A stretch of DNA of 34,792 bases from Reclinomonas americana ATCC 50394 (lineage: Eukaryota): positions 133,869 through 168,660 of the forward strand of contig PS015102.1 of the NCBI GenBank assembly GCA_048213135.1. The letters run 5' to 3'. Within the stretch, counting starts at the first letter, position 1; the number at the start of each line of letters is the position of its first letter. The notes beneath the pieces are model-generated. The model saw nothing but the letters and a program-made list of their open reading frames with translations, ran no database searches and was not told the DNA's origin. The translations under genes were made by a program, and so were the position numbers. Below, one piece after another: positions 10,176-21,146 of this stretch.

Positions 10176-12091
10176 CTGCGCCACTCGGCGGCCTCGATCG
10201 TCGAGAATGTCGGCTGCGTTCGCTGGATTGTCGCGCGGTGTCAAGCGATTGAGGTTGTCGGCAATCTTCATCTCCAACTCTGTGTTTTGCCAGATGGCTC
10301 CATCGGTCACCTCCGGCCACGACAGCGTCGGTTCCACAGCGTCACTCGCTGCGTTCGGCACACACAAATGGGGTGAGTAACTATCGTTAAAACTTGTTCT
10401 GTGTCTGTCAGTGGAGGCAGACGAAACCTGGAGCACTCGGTGGTGGCCTCTGTCGCAGTGATGGAGTGCCGACTGACGATCCGCGGCGTGCGCTGAGCAG
10501 ACCCATGCCAGTGTTGGCGACACCGGACTCCCACGACACCTGGCCGGGGATGAGCGGCACCACGTGCATGGTGTTGCTCTTGCGTTTTCTGGCCACCACT
10601 GGCGGCATGACTGGCAGGCGCTTCTTCTTCTTCTTCGGCACCGGTGCGGGCTCTGCGGGTTTCCGGCGCACCTTGGCCACAGTGCGCCTTGTCGGCATGC
10701 TCTTCTCCGCCCTCTCCTCCTCCTCTTGTGCCACCTCGCTTTCGTCATCTTCCTCCTCGTCTTCCTCCTCGGCGTCGTCTTCTTCGTCGTCATCATCGTC
10801 ATCGTCGTCACTGTCGTCCTGTTCGTACGCGGCCAGCAAGTCACGCGTCTTGTCGATCAGCACTCTGCCAAACAGGCCGCGCCACGTCAGGTTGACCACG
10901 TGGCTGGCCGAGTACTTGTTCACAATGTAGCTGTGAGGGGCACGTGGGTGAGGTGAGCAACATCGCAGAAAATGAGATGGGGGTGAAGAGAGCGCAACTC
11001 TCGCAAAAACGTCTCGAGCATCTTGTCGTGCTCCAGACTGCGCAAGAACGCCAGCTGCTCCGGCGTCGGTGCCGTCCTCAACTCGCCATTGCTGGACTGA
11101 CGCGACAATACCTCCAGCGCCGACTGCAACCGCATGGCCTCCTCCGCCGACGCATCACCAATCACCTCCTGAATGCGATTCTCCCAGTATGCGTGGCGGC
11201 CGGGCGTGTGCAACAGCTTATCCCGCCGCATCTCCTGATACACCTCCAGCAGCGCACGAAGGCGCGCAGCATCCTTTTGCCACGCCTCCGCCAATTGTCG
11301 CAGATCCTCGTCCTCCAGCTCCACCACTGCCGACTGAATCGTCTGCAGGCGAGAGAACGACTCAAGCGCACTCTCCAAATACTCGACCGCGGTCGGCAGC
11401 ACCGGAAGCACCGGTTTCGTTTCGCACACACTCTGCACGTCATTGTCGACCGATTCTGCGCGCGCGCGAATGATTGAGAACCGCAGCACACAAACCACCT
11501 TCAGTGCTGTTCGAGAATAACAATACCATCGTGTACTCTCCGGATCCAATCATTCAACGAGGCGACTCCATCATCGCGACACTTGACACGCTCCAACGCG
11601 GCCTTCCTTCTCTCCGTGCGCCACTCCTTGTAGCACTCTTCGCTAAACGTATCCGAATCCAGCGACAAGTTGTCCTCCTCATCGTCCGCGCCTGCTGCTG
11701 CGTCCCGAGGTGCGCTATCCTCCTCCTCCAACAGCAGCAGCACAGAATCATCACTATCCGCAACCGGCGGCACTGTCGGTGTCGTTGATTGGTCCGGCTC
11801 GTCATTGATTGGTGGCGGTAACGGAATTGGCGAGAGGGTGACGACGGGTTGCGGCGACGCGTCGAGCACCACACTCAGATCGATCAACAACGCCGACGAC
11901 GACGATGATGGTGGCGTGCTCGGGAACATCAGCAACAACGTCTCCTTCTTCTGCGCATCCTCGTTGTCTGCGAGGGTGTAGTCGACGACCGCCGCGAGTG
12001 GCTGACACGAATCCTCTTCTTCTTCCTCTTCTTCGTCACTGAGCTGCCACGGTCTCACTTCGCCCACACTCGCATTGACTGCGAGATCCAT
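10176..12091 (-). CDS. Uncharacterised protein (acidic/Pro-rich N-terminus, helical middle, poly-D/E tract, KKKKKR and RKRK putative NLS); exons 12091-11527, 11455-10999, 10930-10428, 10348-10176; 3' end lost in gap
   Basis: Four long open exons joined by 68-79 nt GT-AG introns with matching phases (1, 2, 1); strong donor CAG|GTGAGC at 10175. No family recognised. Confidence 0.7.
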
Positions 12092-12893
12092 GTCTCTCGC
12101 TCGCTCTCTCGCTCGTGGGGGGGACAATTGAACCTCAACGAAAAATTTAACCGAAAACGATAGCTGTAGACGGGTCTACAGTGGGAAGTGCGGGAATTGA
12201 AGGGAAATCAACGGCAAAGTACCTACAACAGCAGCAGCTTAGAGGAGTACAAACAGGAATACAGCGGGACGATGATCATCAACTTGAGAAACTCAGACAT
12301 CACGGAAACAAAATCGAAAAATGTCAATTTCTGGAGCCAAGCAAACAAAGTAAAGCATGTTCCGGATCCGTGGAGCAGGCAAGGCAGTGGAGGCATCGCC
12401 ATCGGTGGTGAGGTTAAACAAATGATAGCCTGTCGTGTTGTGTTGTTGGTGAGAATCATTTCGGTGGTCAGTTGTTATTCTTCCAAATGGAGGCTTCCTT
12501 GTTCGAACCATCGGTTTACGGTAAAGAGTAGTTGGGTTTGTGTGGCACAGGTGTGACCTTCTCTCCGACACACAACAACGAAAAGATAACTCTCACACCG
12601 TAGCCTGATTTACAGAATGCCAAATAGTCACTGTTGCAGCAGCAATAATTCGCGAATTCGAACTGCAAACTGTACAGCAAAGCAGTGAGCTATAATTTTA
12701 TTGCTCGTGCAAAGAGGGACTACTCTGCAGTACTCTGCTGTGGCTTCTTCGTTGCGATCTCCGTTTCGAGTGAGATTTCAGTCTACAGTCGGGTTTACAG
12801 TAAGAAATGTTGAGCGATCGTGCGCGTGGCAATCGCGGTTCGGGTCGCGCCAGTGCGAGTGCGCCGAGTGGGAATGCCAGTGCGGTGCAGCAG

Positions 12894-13097
12894 ATGGCGG
12901 TGGATTTCCAAAGTCGCGTGCGCCTGGGCAAGACGCATTTGAGTAATGTTGCGTGGCGCATGTCACACGCACGCACACACGCGCGAAGAGGGGAAGGGAG
13001 AGAGCGAGGAAGGAGGGTGGGGAAGGAGGAGGAGAGTGTGTGTGTGAGAGAGAGAGGAGGGAAGGGGAGGGTGGAGTGAGGAATATCTGCATGCATT

Positions 13098-13189
<92 letters not shown>

Positions 13190-14788
13190 GAGAGAGAGAG
13201 AGAGAGACGNNNNNNNNNNNNNNNNNNNNNNNNNNNNNNNNNNNNNNNNNNNNNNNNNNNNNNNNNNNNNNNNNNNNNNNNNNNNNNNNNNNNNNNNNNN
13301 NNNNNNNNNNNNNNNNNNNNNNNNNNNNNNNNNNNNNNNNNNNNNNNNNNNNNNNNNNNNNNNNNNNNNNNNNNNNNNNNNNNNNNNNNNNNNNNNNNNN
13401 NNNNNNNNNNNNNNNNNNNNNNNNNNNNNNNNNNNNNNNNNNNNNNNNNNNNNNNNNNNNNNNNNNNNNNNNNNNNNNNNNNNNNNNNNNNNNNNNNNNN
13501 NNNNNNNNNNNNNNNNNNNNNNNNNNNNNNNNNNNNNNNNNNNNNNNNNNNNNNNNNNNNNNNNNNNNNNNNNNNNNNNNNNNNNNNNNNNNNNNNNNNN
13601 NNNNNNNNNNNNNNNNNNNNNNNNNNNNNNNNNNNNNNNNNNNNNNNNNNNNNNNNNNNNNNNNNNNNNNNNNNNNNNNNNNNNNNNNNNNNNCTTCCCA
13701 CTCTCTTTTTCTTCTCTCTCTCTCTCTGTCTGTCTCTGTCTCTCACACACACGAGAGAGAGAGAGATAGCTACGAAGAGGTGATGGGCGCGACCTGCACT
13801 CATAACACATCTTCTCCCGTTCACAATGCACGTGAGTTCATGCATGCAGCCATGCTCTCTTCTCCTACTCTCTGCCCACGTGTCCACGAAGAGAAAGGCG
13901 TGCAAAAGGCATGCAGCAGATTGACAATGCAAGTGTGATTTGCTTGCAGTCAACGTTTCTCTCTTCTCTCCCCCTCCCCCCCTCTCCTCTCCCCCCCTTC
14001 GCTCACCTTTCCCCCTCTCCCTGTCCACACAGACGGAAACCATCTCCGCTGCCGACGCTCTCCGCTCCCACGGCATCGACAACTCGTTCACCATTGAAAA
14101 GTTCGCCGAGAGCTTCCGCATCGAGTTCAACCCGCCGAGTGCCGACGCGGTGGCCTCCAGCGACGATCGCCGCCTCAACCTGGTCTTCGACATGATCAAC
14201 ATTGATGCGCCGCTGGCCAATGCGCTGCGGAGGGTGATGCTGGCGGAGGTGCCGACAATGGCGATTGAGCGAGTGGTGGTCGTTGATAACACGTCGATTG
14301 TCGCCGATGAGGTGCTGGCGCATCGGTTGGGTCTAGTGCCGCTGTTGGTGGATCCCCGGCAGTTTCAGTTCCCGAGGGAGGGGGCGTTGACGAGTTGCGG
14401 ATGGGGAAGGGAGGGGGAAAAGGGAGAGGGAGGAGGAGGAGGAGAGAGAGAGTGTGTGTGTGTGTGTGTGTGTGCGTGTTTCTTGTATTCTTCCATCACA
14501 TTCTCTGCCCGGTGTCTCCTATGCTCGGCGCATCACATGGCATCTCGTTTGCACTGCTGCAATTGCGGGCATTGCGAATCGCCATCTCACTGACACAAAG
14601 CTGGCGGATCCTCCCGTGAGCAAGAGAGAAGAGAATGACAGACTGAGAAAAGCAGAGAGAGACTGAGTGAAAGACGCGCGCGGAGTCAGAGAGAGAGAGA
14701 AAGGAAGAGGGAGATTCAAAATCTGAGAGAAAGACGCGCGCGGAGTCAGAGTGAGCGAGAGAGAAAGGTAGAATGGGAGTGAGGAAGG

Positions 14789-14826
<38 letters not shown>

Positions 14827-17045
14827 AAGTAGAGAGAGAATGAGAGAGAATGAGAAAGATAGAGAGCGGGAGAGAAGAAAGAGAGGTGTTCTATCAACAA
14901 GAGACCGTTTCCTCTCACTCTTCTTCCTCTTCTCTGCCGACTCACCTCCCTGCCCTCCCATCACGCACAGTGGACGTCGAGGAGCTTGGGTGGACCGAGG
15001 CCATCAAATTCCGTTTGGAGGTCGCCTGCACGGCGANNNNNNNNNNNNNNNNNNNNTTCCCGGCGCCCCCGATGATGCACCAGAGAGCAGGAAGTACCTG
15101 AATCACACGGTGTATTCTGGCGACTTGAAGTGGGTACCAATAGGCATGCAGGTGCGCGCGCTCGTGGAAAACGAAGGGAACATGAGGTGTTGGATGTTGA
15201 CATCGTGTGTGCCCGTGCAGGAATCCACGTTTGAGGAGATTAGACCTGTGTATGACGACATTATTCTGGCCAAGTTGAGACCAGGCCAGCGCATTGAGTT
15301 GGAGATGTGGGCCTTCAAGGGCGTTGGCAAGGATCATGCCAAGGTGGGTGTGAGGAGAAAGGAAAGAAAAGTAACTGCTTGGATGTACTCTCTTCCGAGT
15401 GAGCACGATTGTTCGATTTGTGTACTGCGTGCGAGTGTGTTACCTTCATCGCCGTAGCTGTATCTGTGTGATGTGAGTGAGAGAATTTGGTTTGAGCGAG
15501 CTGTCTTCTGCACATGCGAATGCGTGCATGCCACAGAGAGAGAGAGGGGGGGAGGGAGAGGGATACGCTTGTGGTAACCGTCGAGTGTACGCCAGAGAGT
15601 AAGAGGCTGCGTGTGCATGTTTGTGTGGCTCTGTGTGTGGGTGATTGTGCTGCTCTTGCACCGATGTGTCTGTGCGCTCACCGGAGAACAGAGGTGAAGT
15701 GTGCATGTTTGTGTTCCTGTGCTTGTCATGCTGTATTCTGTGGTCGCCGTAAAGAGAGATAGACGCTGTGTGTTTGTGTCAGTCGTGTCTGTGTTCTCGA
15801 GAGATTCTGCCCTTGCATGCGGTGCTGTGGTTCACCCTGCCCCTCTCCCCGCAGTTTTCGCCAGTGGCCACCGTGAGCTATCGAATGCACCCCGAGATTC
15901 ATGTGGCTCCCGATCTGGGACCAGCGTTGGCGGACCAGCTGGTGAAGATGTGCCCGACTGGCGTGTTCGAGATTGATGATTCAGGAGGTGCGTGATGTGA
16001 ATGAGAGAGAGAGAGAGAGAGAGCGAGGACGAGGAAAGTGCGAGTGAGTGAGTGAGTGGGTGAGAGTGTGTGGTGTGGCCCTGGGATATCGTCTTCGTAA
16101 GAGCATACTCGCGACCGTCTTCACCCTCCACAGCGAAGGCAAATCCATCTGAGAGAGAGAGAGAGGAGAGTGAGCGAGAGAGTGAAGAGAGTGAGGCGAT
16201 GAACAACGTTCAGTGTCTCTTCCCTCCGCAGTCTCCCTTTCCCTCTCTACCGTCTCCCATTCCTTCTCTACAGCCTCCCTTCCTTTTCCACTGTCTCCCT
16301 TTCCTCTCCACTGTCTCCGTTCCTTCTCTACAGTCTCCCTTCCCTCTCCTCTGTCTCCCTTTCCTCTTCTCTGTCTCCCTTCCCTCTACAGTCTCCCCTT
16401 CCCTCTCCACTGTCTCCTTTCCTTCTCCACCACCGTCTCCCTTCCCTCTCCTCTCTCCCTTCCTCTCCGCAGTCACCCTTCCCTCTCCGCAGTCTCCCTT
16501 CCTTCTCCACTGTCTCCCTTTCCTCTCCACTTTCTCCGTTTCCTCTCCACCACCCTCTCCACCACCGTCTCCCTTCCCTTTCCACAGTCTCCCTTCCTTC
16601 TCCACCACCGCCTCCCTTCCCTCTCCTCTCTCCCTTACCTCCCTTCCCCCTTTAGACACGGTGACAGCGGTCGCTGCATACCCCCGCAACTGCACCTCGT
16701 GCCGCGAGTGCATTCGACACGACGGGTGGACGTCGCGCGTGCAACTCAACAAAATCAAGACGCACTTCATTTGTTTCGTCCGCCCGTGCCATCTCATGTC
16801 TCCCTTGCCCCTGCACTCACATTGTCGTCGCAGTCTCTGTAGAAAGCACGGGCATGTTTACGGCGGCCGATGTGGTGTTGGAGGCCGTCAAGGTGCTGCG
16901 TCAAAAGTGTGTGACGGTGCTGGAGGCGCTCGACAAGTTTGTCGACGACCAAGAGCAGCGGGATGCGGTGGCGATGGATGCCGACGAGGCGGGTGATGAC
17001 GATGACGACGATGACGATGATGATGAGGACGAGGACGACGAATAG
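12894..17045 (+). CDS. POLR1C: DNA-directed RNA polymerase I/III subunit AC40 (RPC40); exons 12894-12947, 14033-14393, 14971-15151, 15221-15343, 15855-15987, 16656-16772, 16834-17045
   Basis: SRVRLG N-terminus, FDMINIDAPLANALRRVMLAEVPTMAIE, NTSIVADEVLAHRLGLVPL, IRPVYDDIILAKLRPGQ, KGVGKDHAK|FSPVATVSYR, HFI|FSVESTG. The PV..DI..AKLRPGQ and DHAKFSPVAT motifs indicate AC40 rather than Rpb3. Confidence 0.96.
13105..13207. repeat. (GA)n microsatellite in POLR1C intron 1
   Basis: About 100 nt of near-perfect GA repeats ending at an N-gap. Confidence 0.95.
16210..16650. repeat. Pyrimidine-rich minisatellite (unit about 20-22 bp, C[A/T]GTCTCCCTT[T/C]CCT..CTCCA) in POLR1C intron 5
   Basis: GTCTCCCTT core recurs about every 20 nt for over 400 bp up to acceptor TTTAG at 16655. 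Confidence 0.85.
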
Positions 17046-17177
17046 ACTGGAGGGGGTGTCTGGAGATTAAAACGCGCTCTGCTTGTTATTTAGGTAGCCT
17101 CATTACAATTCCTCACCAGAGTGTGTTCATTTACAACAACAGCGCGCTGCGATTTCCTATCATATTTTTTCACCATC

Positions 17178-20100
17178 TCACGTCGGTACCGCGGTGGGCG
17201 TCGGCGGCGCCGTCGTGGCCTGCGACGATAATGAGGCCACGGAGGCTTTCCGACTGCCAATGCCGCGCAACGCAATAATGTCCTCGTACACGCGCAGCGC
17301 GCGCTTCCCGTGCAGCTCCTTTTGTCGCTGCAGGTGATGGCAGAAGACCGACAGGACCGGCAGCGCCAGCTGTCGCAACTCTTCATGCTGCGACCGCACT
17401 CGCTCCGAGTCCATTTGTGTCGACGATAATGACGAGGACGAGGAGGGCGAGTCGGAGCACACGGACGATACGGTTGAGGAGGGAGTGGACGACGGCTGCT
17501 GCTGTTGTTGTTGGGATGATGGTGGTGGTGATTGTGACGGTGGTTGGGGTCGCTGGCCGATGCGCGACTGCGCCACAGGCGGCGTGCCTGCGCCGCGCCG
17601 AACCGGCATCTTGGAGGTTGCCAGGTGCGTCAACGCAATGCGCAGCACAATGCGTTCGCCATTGAGACGCAGGAGTGGTCGCAACATGCGCACACACGGT
17701 GAATCAAAGTCGAGCTCAGGGCCGGCCAGGGAGACCACCTGCAGGCCGGCGTGTTCCACCAGCGCCTCCACGGCGAGTGGGATGAGATCCATCAACATGT
17801 CGTTGCCTGAGGGAGGGGAAGGTGAGGATGAGGAACGAGAGAGGAAAGGGAAATGGCAGGCAGGGTGGCTGGCATGCCTTGAATGTGAAACTCGACGAGA
17901 CCAGTGTTGCGCTCCACGGCACGCCACAGTTGCGAGCAACCCACAGCACCGATTCCAGCATCTAGTGCGTGGAGGTGAGGAGGAGACATGGAGAGAGAGT
18001 GGGAGAAGGGGAGACGTGAACGCAACGACAGAGGTCTACTCTTCTCAAGTTGGTGGACTGTGCAATCATTCCGGCCAGTGCCATTGCGCCGTCGTCGCCA
18101 ATGCCAGTGTCTGTGGAGGTAGTTGAGGGAGGAGAATAGAGAGAGAGAGAGACAAGGAGCTGAGCACGAGGCCTCCTNNNNNNNNNNNNNNNNNNNNCAC
18201 TCTCCTTTCTATTTATAAGGCAATTGCGGTGACAGAGGAGGTCTCTCAAGAACACCAGTGCATGGAAGTAGAGCGAGTCATTCACACGCGCGAGCGAGAA
18301 AGGGAGGGAGACATACAAGCAAGAGGGGTGAAACATGCACCAAGCGGAGGTGAGATACACAAGGACACGGGTAAGAGAAACACAAACGGGAGCATGACAT
18401 GCAAGGTGCAAACAGGAGCGCAACACGCAAGGGTGCAACTAGGAGCATGATATGCAAGAGTGCAACCAGGAGCGCGACATGCCAGCGTTCACCAGGAGCA
18501 TGACATGCAAGAGTGCAACCAGGAGCGCGACATGCCAGAGTGCAACCAGGAGCATGACATACAAGAATGCAACCAGGAGCATGACATGCCAGCGTTCAAC
18601 CAGGAGCGCGACACGCCAGCGTTCAACCAGGAGCGCGACACGCCAGAGTGCAACCAGGAGCGTGTCATGCAAGAGTGCAACCAAGAGCGCGACATGCCAG
18701 CGTTCAACCAGGAGCGTGTCATGCAAGAGTGCAACCAGGAGCGCGACACGCAAGAGTGCAGCCAGGAGCGCGACATACAAGGTTGCAACCTGGAGCGTGA
18801 CACGCAAGAGTGCAACCAGGAGCGTGACAGATAACCAAACGAAGGAGAAAACACATCTTGTGGCAGTCATTCGTCACCAATGATCACTCACTTTGCATGA
18901 AGAGCGTCCTCAGACTCGAATGCCGCAAGAGACCGTATGCAAGGTTGCCGGCTCCCACCGACGTGACCGTCGTGGCTGCAACCACACACACACCAATAAA
19001 CTCAGACGCAATCAATACCGACTCACGGTGAAGACAGACGCAACCCCCGAGCGTGAGGTCCTTGAGCGTGCTGGGAGACATGGCCAGGAACTCGGCCAGA
19101 GCCGACACACCAACATCGCCAAACGGATTCACCTCTGCCCTCCACAACACCGTCAGCTGCCGCACAATGTCAACAGGCTACCCACGCTCGCACAAAACCG
19201 CACCGAGATACAACTCCTCCAGCACGTGGTTTGTCGCCAGGCCCTCCGCGAGGATGCACAGGTGATCGTCGGTCAAATTACAGGCTGCGCAAAGCGTGTG
19301 AAGGTGAGCGAGCGGAATAACTTTGTCAGAAAAGAGAGGCACTCACATCCCAAGCCGAGAACCTGAGCGGGAAGACATGGTGAGCAGATGTGAGATGCAG
19401 AGAAAACGGTAAAACACAATTACACACCCTCAGCGTTCGATTTCTTGACAGCGCGAGGCTCAACAGTCGCGCACTGTGCTCGTCCAGGTGATCTGCAACG
19501 AGAAATGTGAGACAACGACAAGGGAAGCATAGACGGAGTGGCGGTCAGCGAACCGGAGATGAACAGCTTCTGGATAGGGCACTGATCCACCACCAGCACC
19601 TGGCAAATGGCCGTCATCGGTGCGAACGAGGACTTGGTGACTGTGGACCTGATAAGTGAGGCAACAATAAGCGGCTGCACACGCGGGTGGGCACGCAACA
19701 GGTGACAGTGATTGTCTTTAGACGTGGCTGCGTCAGCAGTGCAGTCTGCAGCGCACGGAAGCACAGCATCTCCTCCAAGGATGAGCCGCATTCCACTGCC
19801 ACAGAAAAGGAAAAATTATCGACGGTCAGACGAGCGGCGCGCGGGGGTGAGGAGACGAGGAGTCGTGCACGACGCACCCATAAAGTACAAATCGACAATG
19901 ATGCCCCGCATGAGCACGTGCTTGGCAAACGCCTCCACTTGCTTGGCCGACAAGCTCTCCGCTGCGATGCAACAAATGAGCCACAAGACAGCAAAACCGC
20001 TTCAGCGCTCGAATATCCCCCTTCGGGAAAAGAAAGCGAGCACACAACAGGCACAAGTGACTTCTGGCTCCGTTCTCTCCGATCAAACTATCGCACAAGA

Positions 20101-21146
20101 CGAAACGTGCCCTGCCACCTCACACAACACTCACAAGCGATCCCTCGCCGAAGACAACAAGAGCTGAGGATCTTCCACCCTTCTCGCCAACACAGAGACA
20201 GCACTCGCACTCGCACAACACTCACAAGCGATACGAAACCCGCTCAAGCCTCCACTCATTCCCTCACCGACGGACAAAAACACACAAGGATCACATCTTC
20301 TCTCACAAAACACGAAACCCGCACTCGCACAAGCACCCACAAGCGATTCCCAACCAGCGTAATCTCATCCCCGAACCCTCGCGAACACAATAACGAAGCG
20401 CAACTCTCAAGGTTTTTCCGGCATTCTCACAGAGACAACACACGTTCTCCAACGCACTCAAGGGCGACTCCCCCTTGCTCACTCGCTCACTCACCCATTC
20501 CCTCACCGACAGACAACACTCTCAAGGTTCTTCCGCCTTTCTCTCACAAACACAAGACTCGCACTCAAGGGCGACTCCCCCTTGCTCACTCGCTCACTCA
20601 CCCATTCCCCTCACACTCGCAAGGTTCTTCCTCCATTCTCTCGCAAAGACAACACACGTTCTCCAGCACACACACAGAAGACTCCCGCCTGTTCATTCGC
20701 TGACCTTCAAACCCATTCCCTCACCGAAGACAACAACACTCTCTCACAAACACAAGCCTCGCGCTCAAGTGTTGACTCCCCCTTTCACTCGCTCACTCAC
20801 CCATTCCCTCACCGAAGACAACAACACTCTCAAGGTTCTTCCGCCCTTCTCTCCCAAACAACACGCGCCCTTCCTTTCAACACTCACAGAAGACTCCCAC
20901 TCGCTCACTTGCTGAGCCCCACACCCGTTCCCTCACCGACGGACAAGGTTCTTCCGCCCGCCAGACAACACGTGCCCTTCTCCCTTCCCCTCACCCCCCC
21001 TCATCTCCCTTCCCCCCATCCTCCACACACACTCACCAACCAACACCTTCGCCCCACGCACACATCTCCGATCCCCATTGCGCGCCACCGGCCGCAAGCT
21101 CACCGCCGCCACCTGTGCTCCCATTGACTCTACGCGCTCCACAAAG
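17178..21146 (-). CDS. Ribonuclease-inhibitor-like LRR protein; exons (gap)21146-21037, 19961-19878, 19795-19700, 19640-19554, 19492-19428, 19362-19347, 19284-19204, 19134-19045, 18975-18892, 18110-18027, 17961-17878, 17806-17178; 5' end probably in 21953-22375
   Basis: RI-type repeats: CNLTDDHLCILAEGLATNHVLEELYL, VNPFGDVGVSALAEFL..LKDLTL, TTVTSVGAGNLAYGL..SLRTLFM, NTGIGDDGAMALAGMI..NLRRVDL, AGIGAVGCSQLWRAVERNTGLVEFHIQGN. Consistent phase-1 exons; low-complexity terminal exon. Confidence 0.85.
18385..18830. repeat. 27-bp tandem repeat (ATGCAAGAGTGCAACCAGGAGCGCGAC variants), about 16 copies, in LRR-gene intron
   Basis: 9-residue periodicity in the ORF track (MQECNQERD, KSATRSAT). Lies between donor 18891 and acceptor 18111 on the minus strand. 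Confidence 0.92.
20150..20960. repeat. Complex degenerate tandem repeat (CCCATTCCCTCACCGA..ACAACACTCTCAAGGTTCTTCCGCC...) in LRR-gene intron
   Basis: Blocks CCCATTCCCTCACCGA, CAAGGTTCTT and CTCGCTCACTCAC recur several times between 20250 and 20960. Confidence 0.8.

Noticed and set aside
12495-12520. GTTCGAACC resembling a tRNA T-loop/B-box
   Set aside because: No T-stem, acceptor stem or cloverleaf in the flanks.
12778-14292. 504-aa and other ORFs spanning N-runs (also 21033-22289 and 27628-29184)
   Set aside because: Length comes from X residues in gaps and GA/TC repeats.
19687-20703. 338-aa plus-strand His/Thr/Ser-rich ORF
   Set aside because: Antisense to LRR exons and a CA-rich intronic repeat that lacks stops for compositional reasons.
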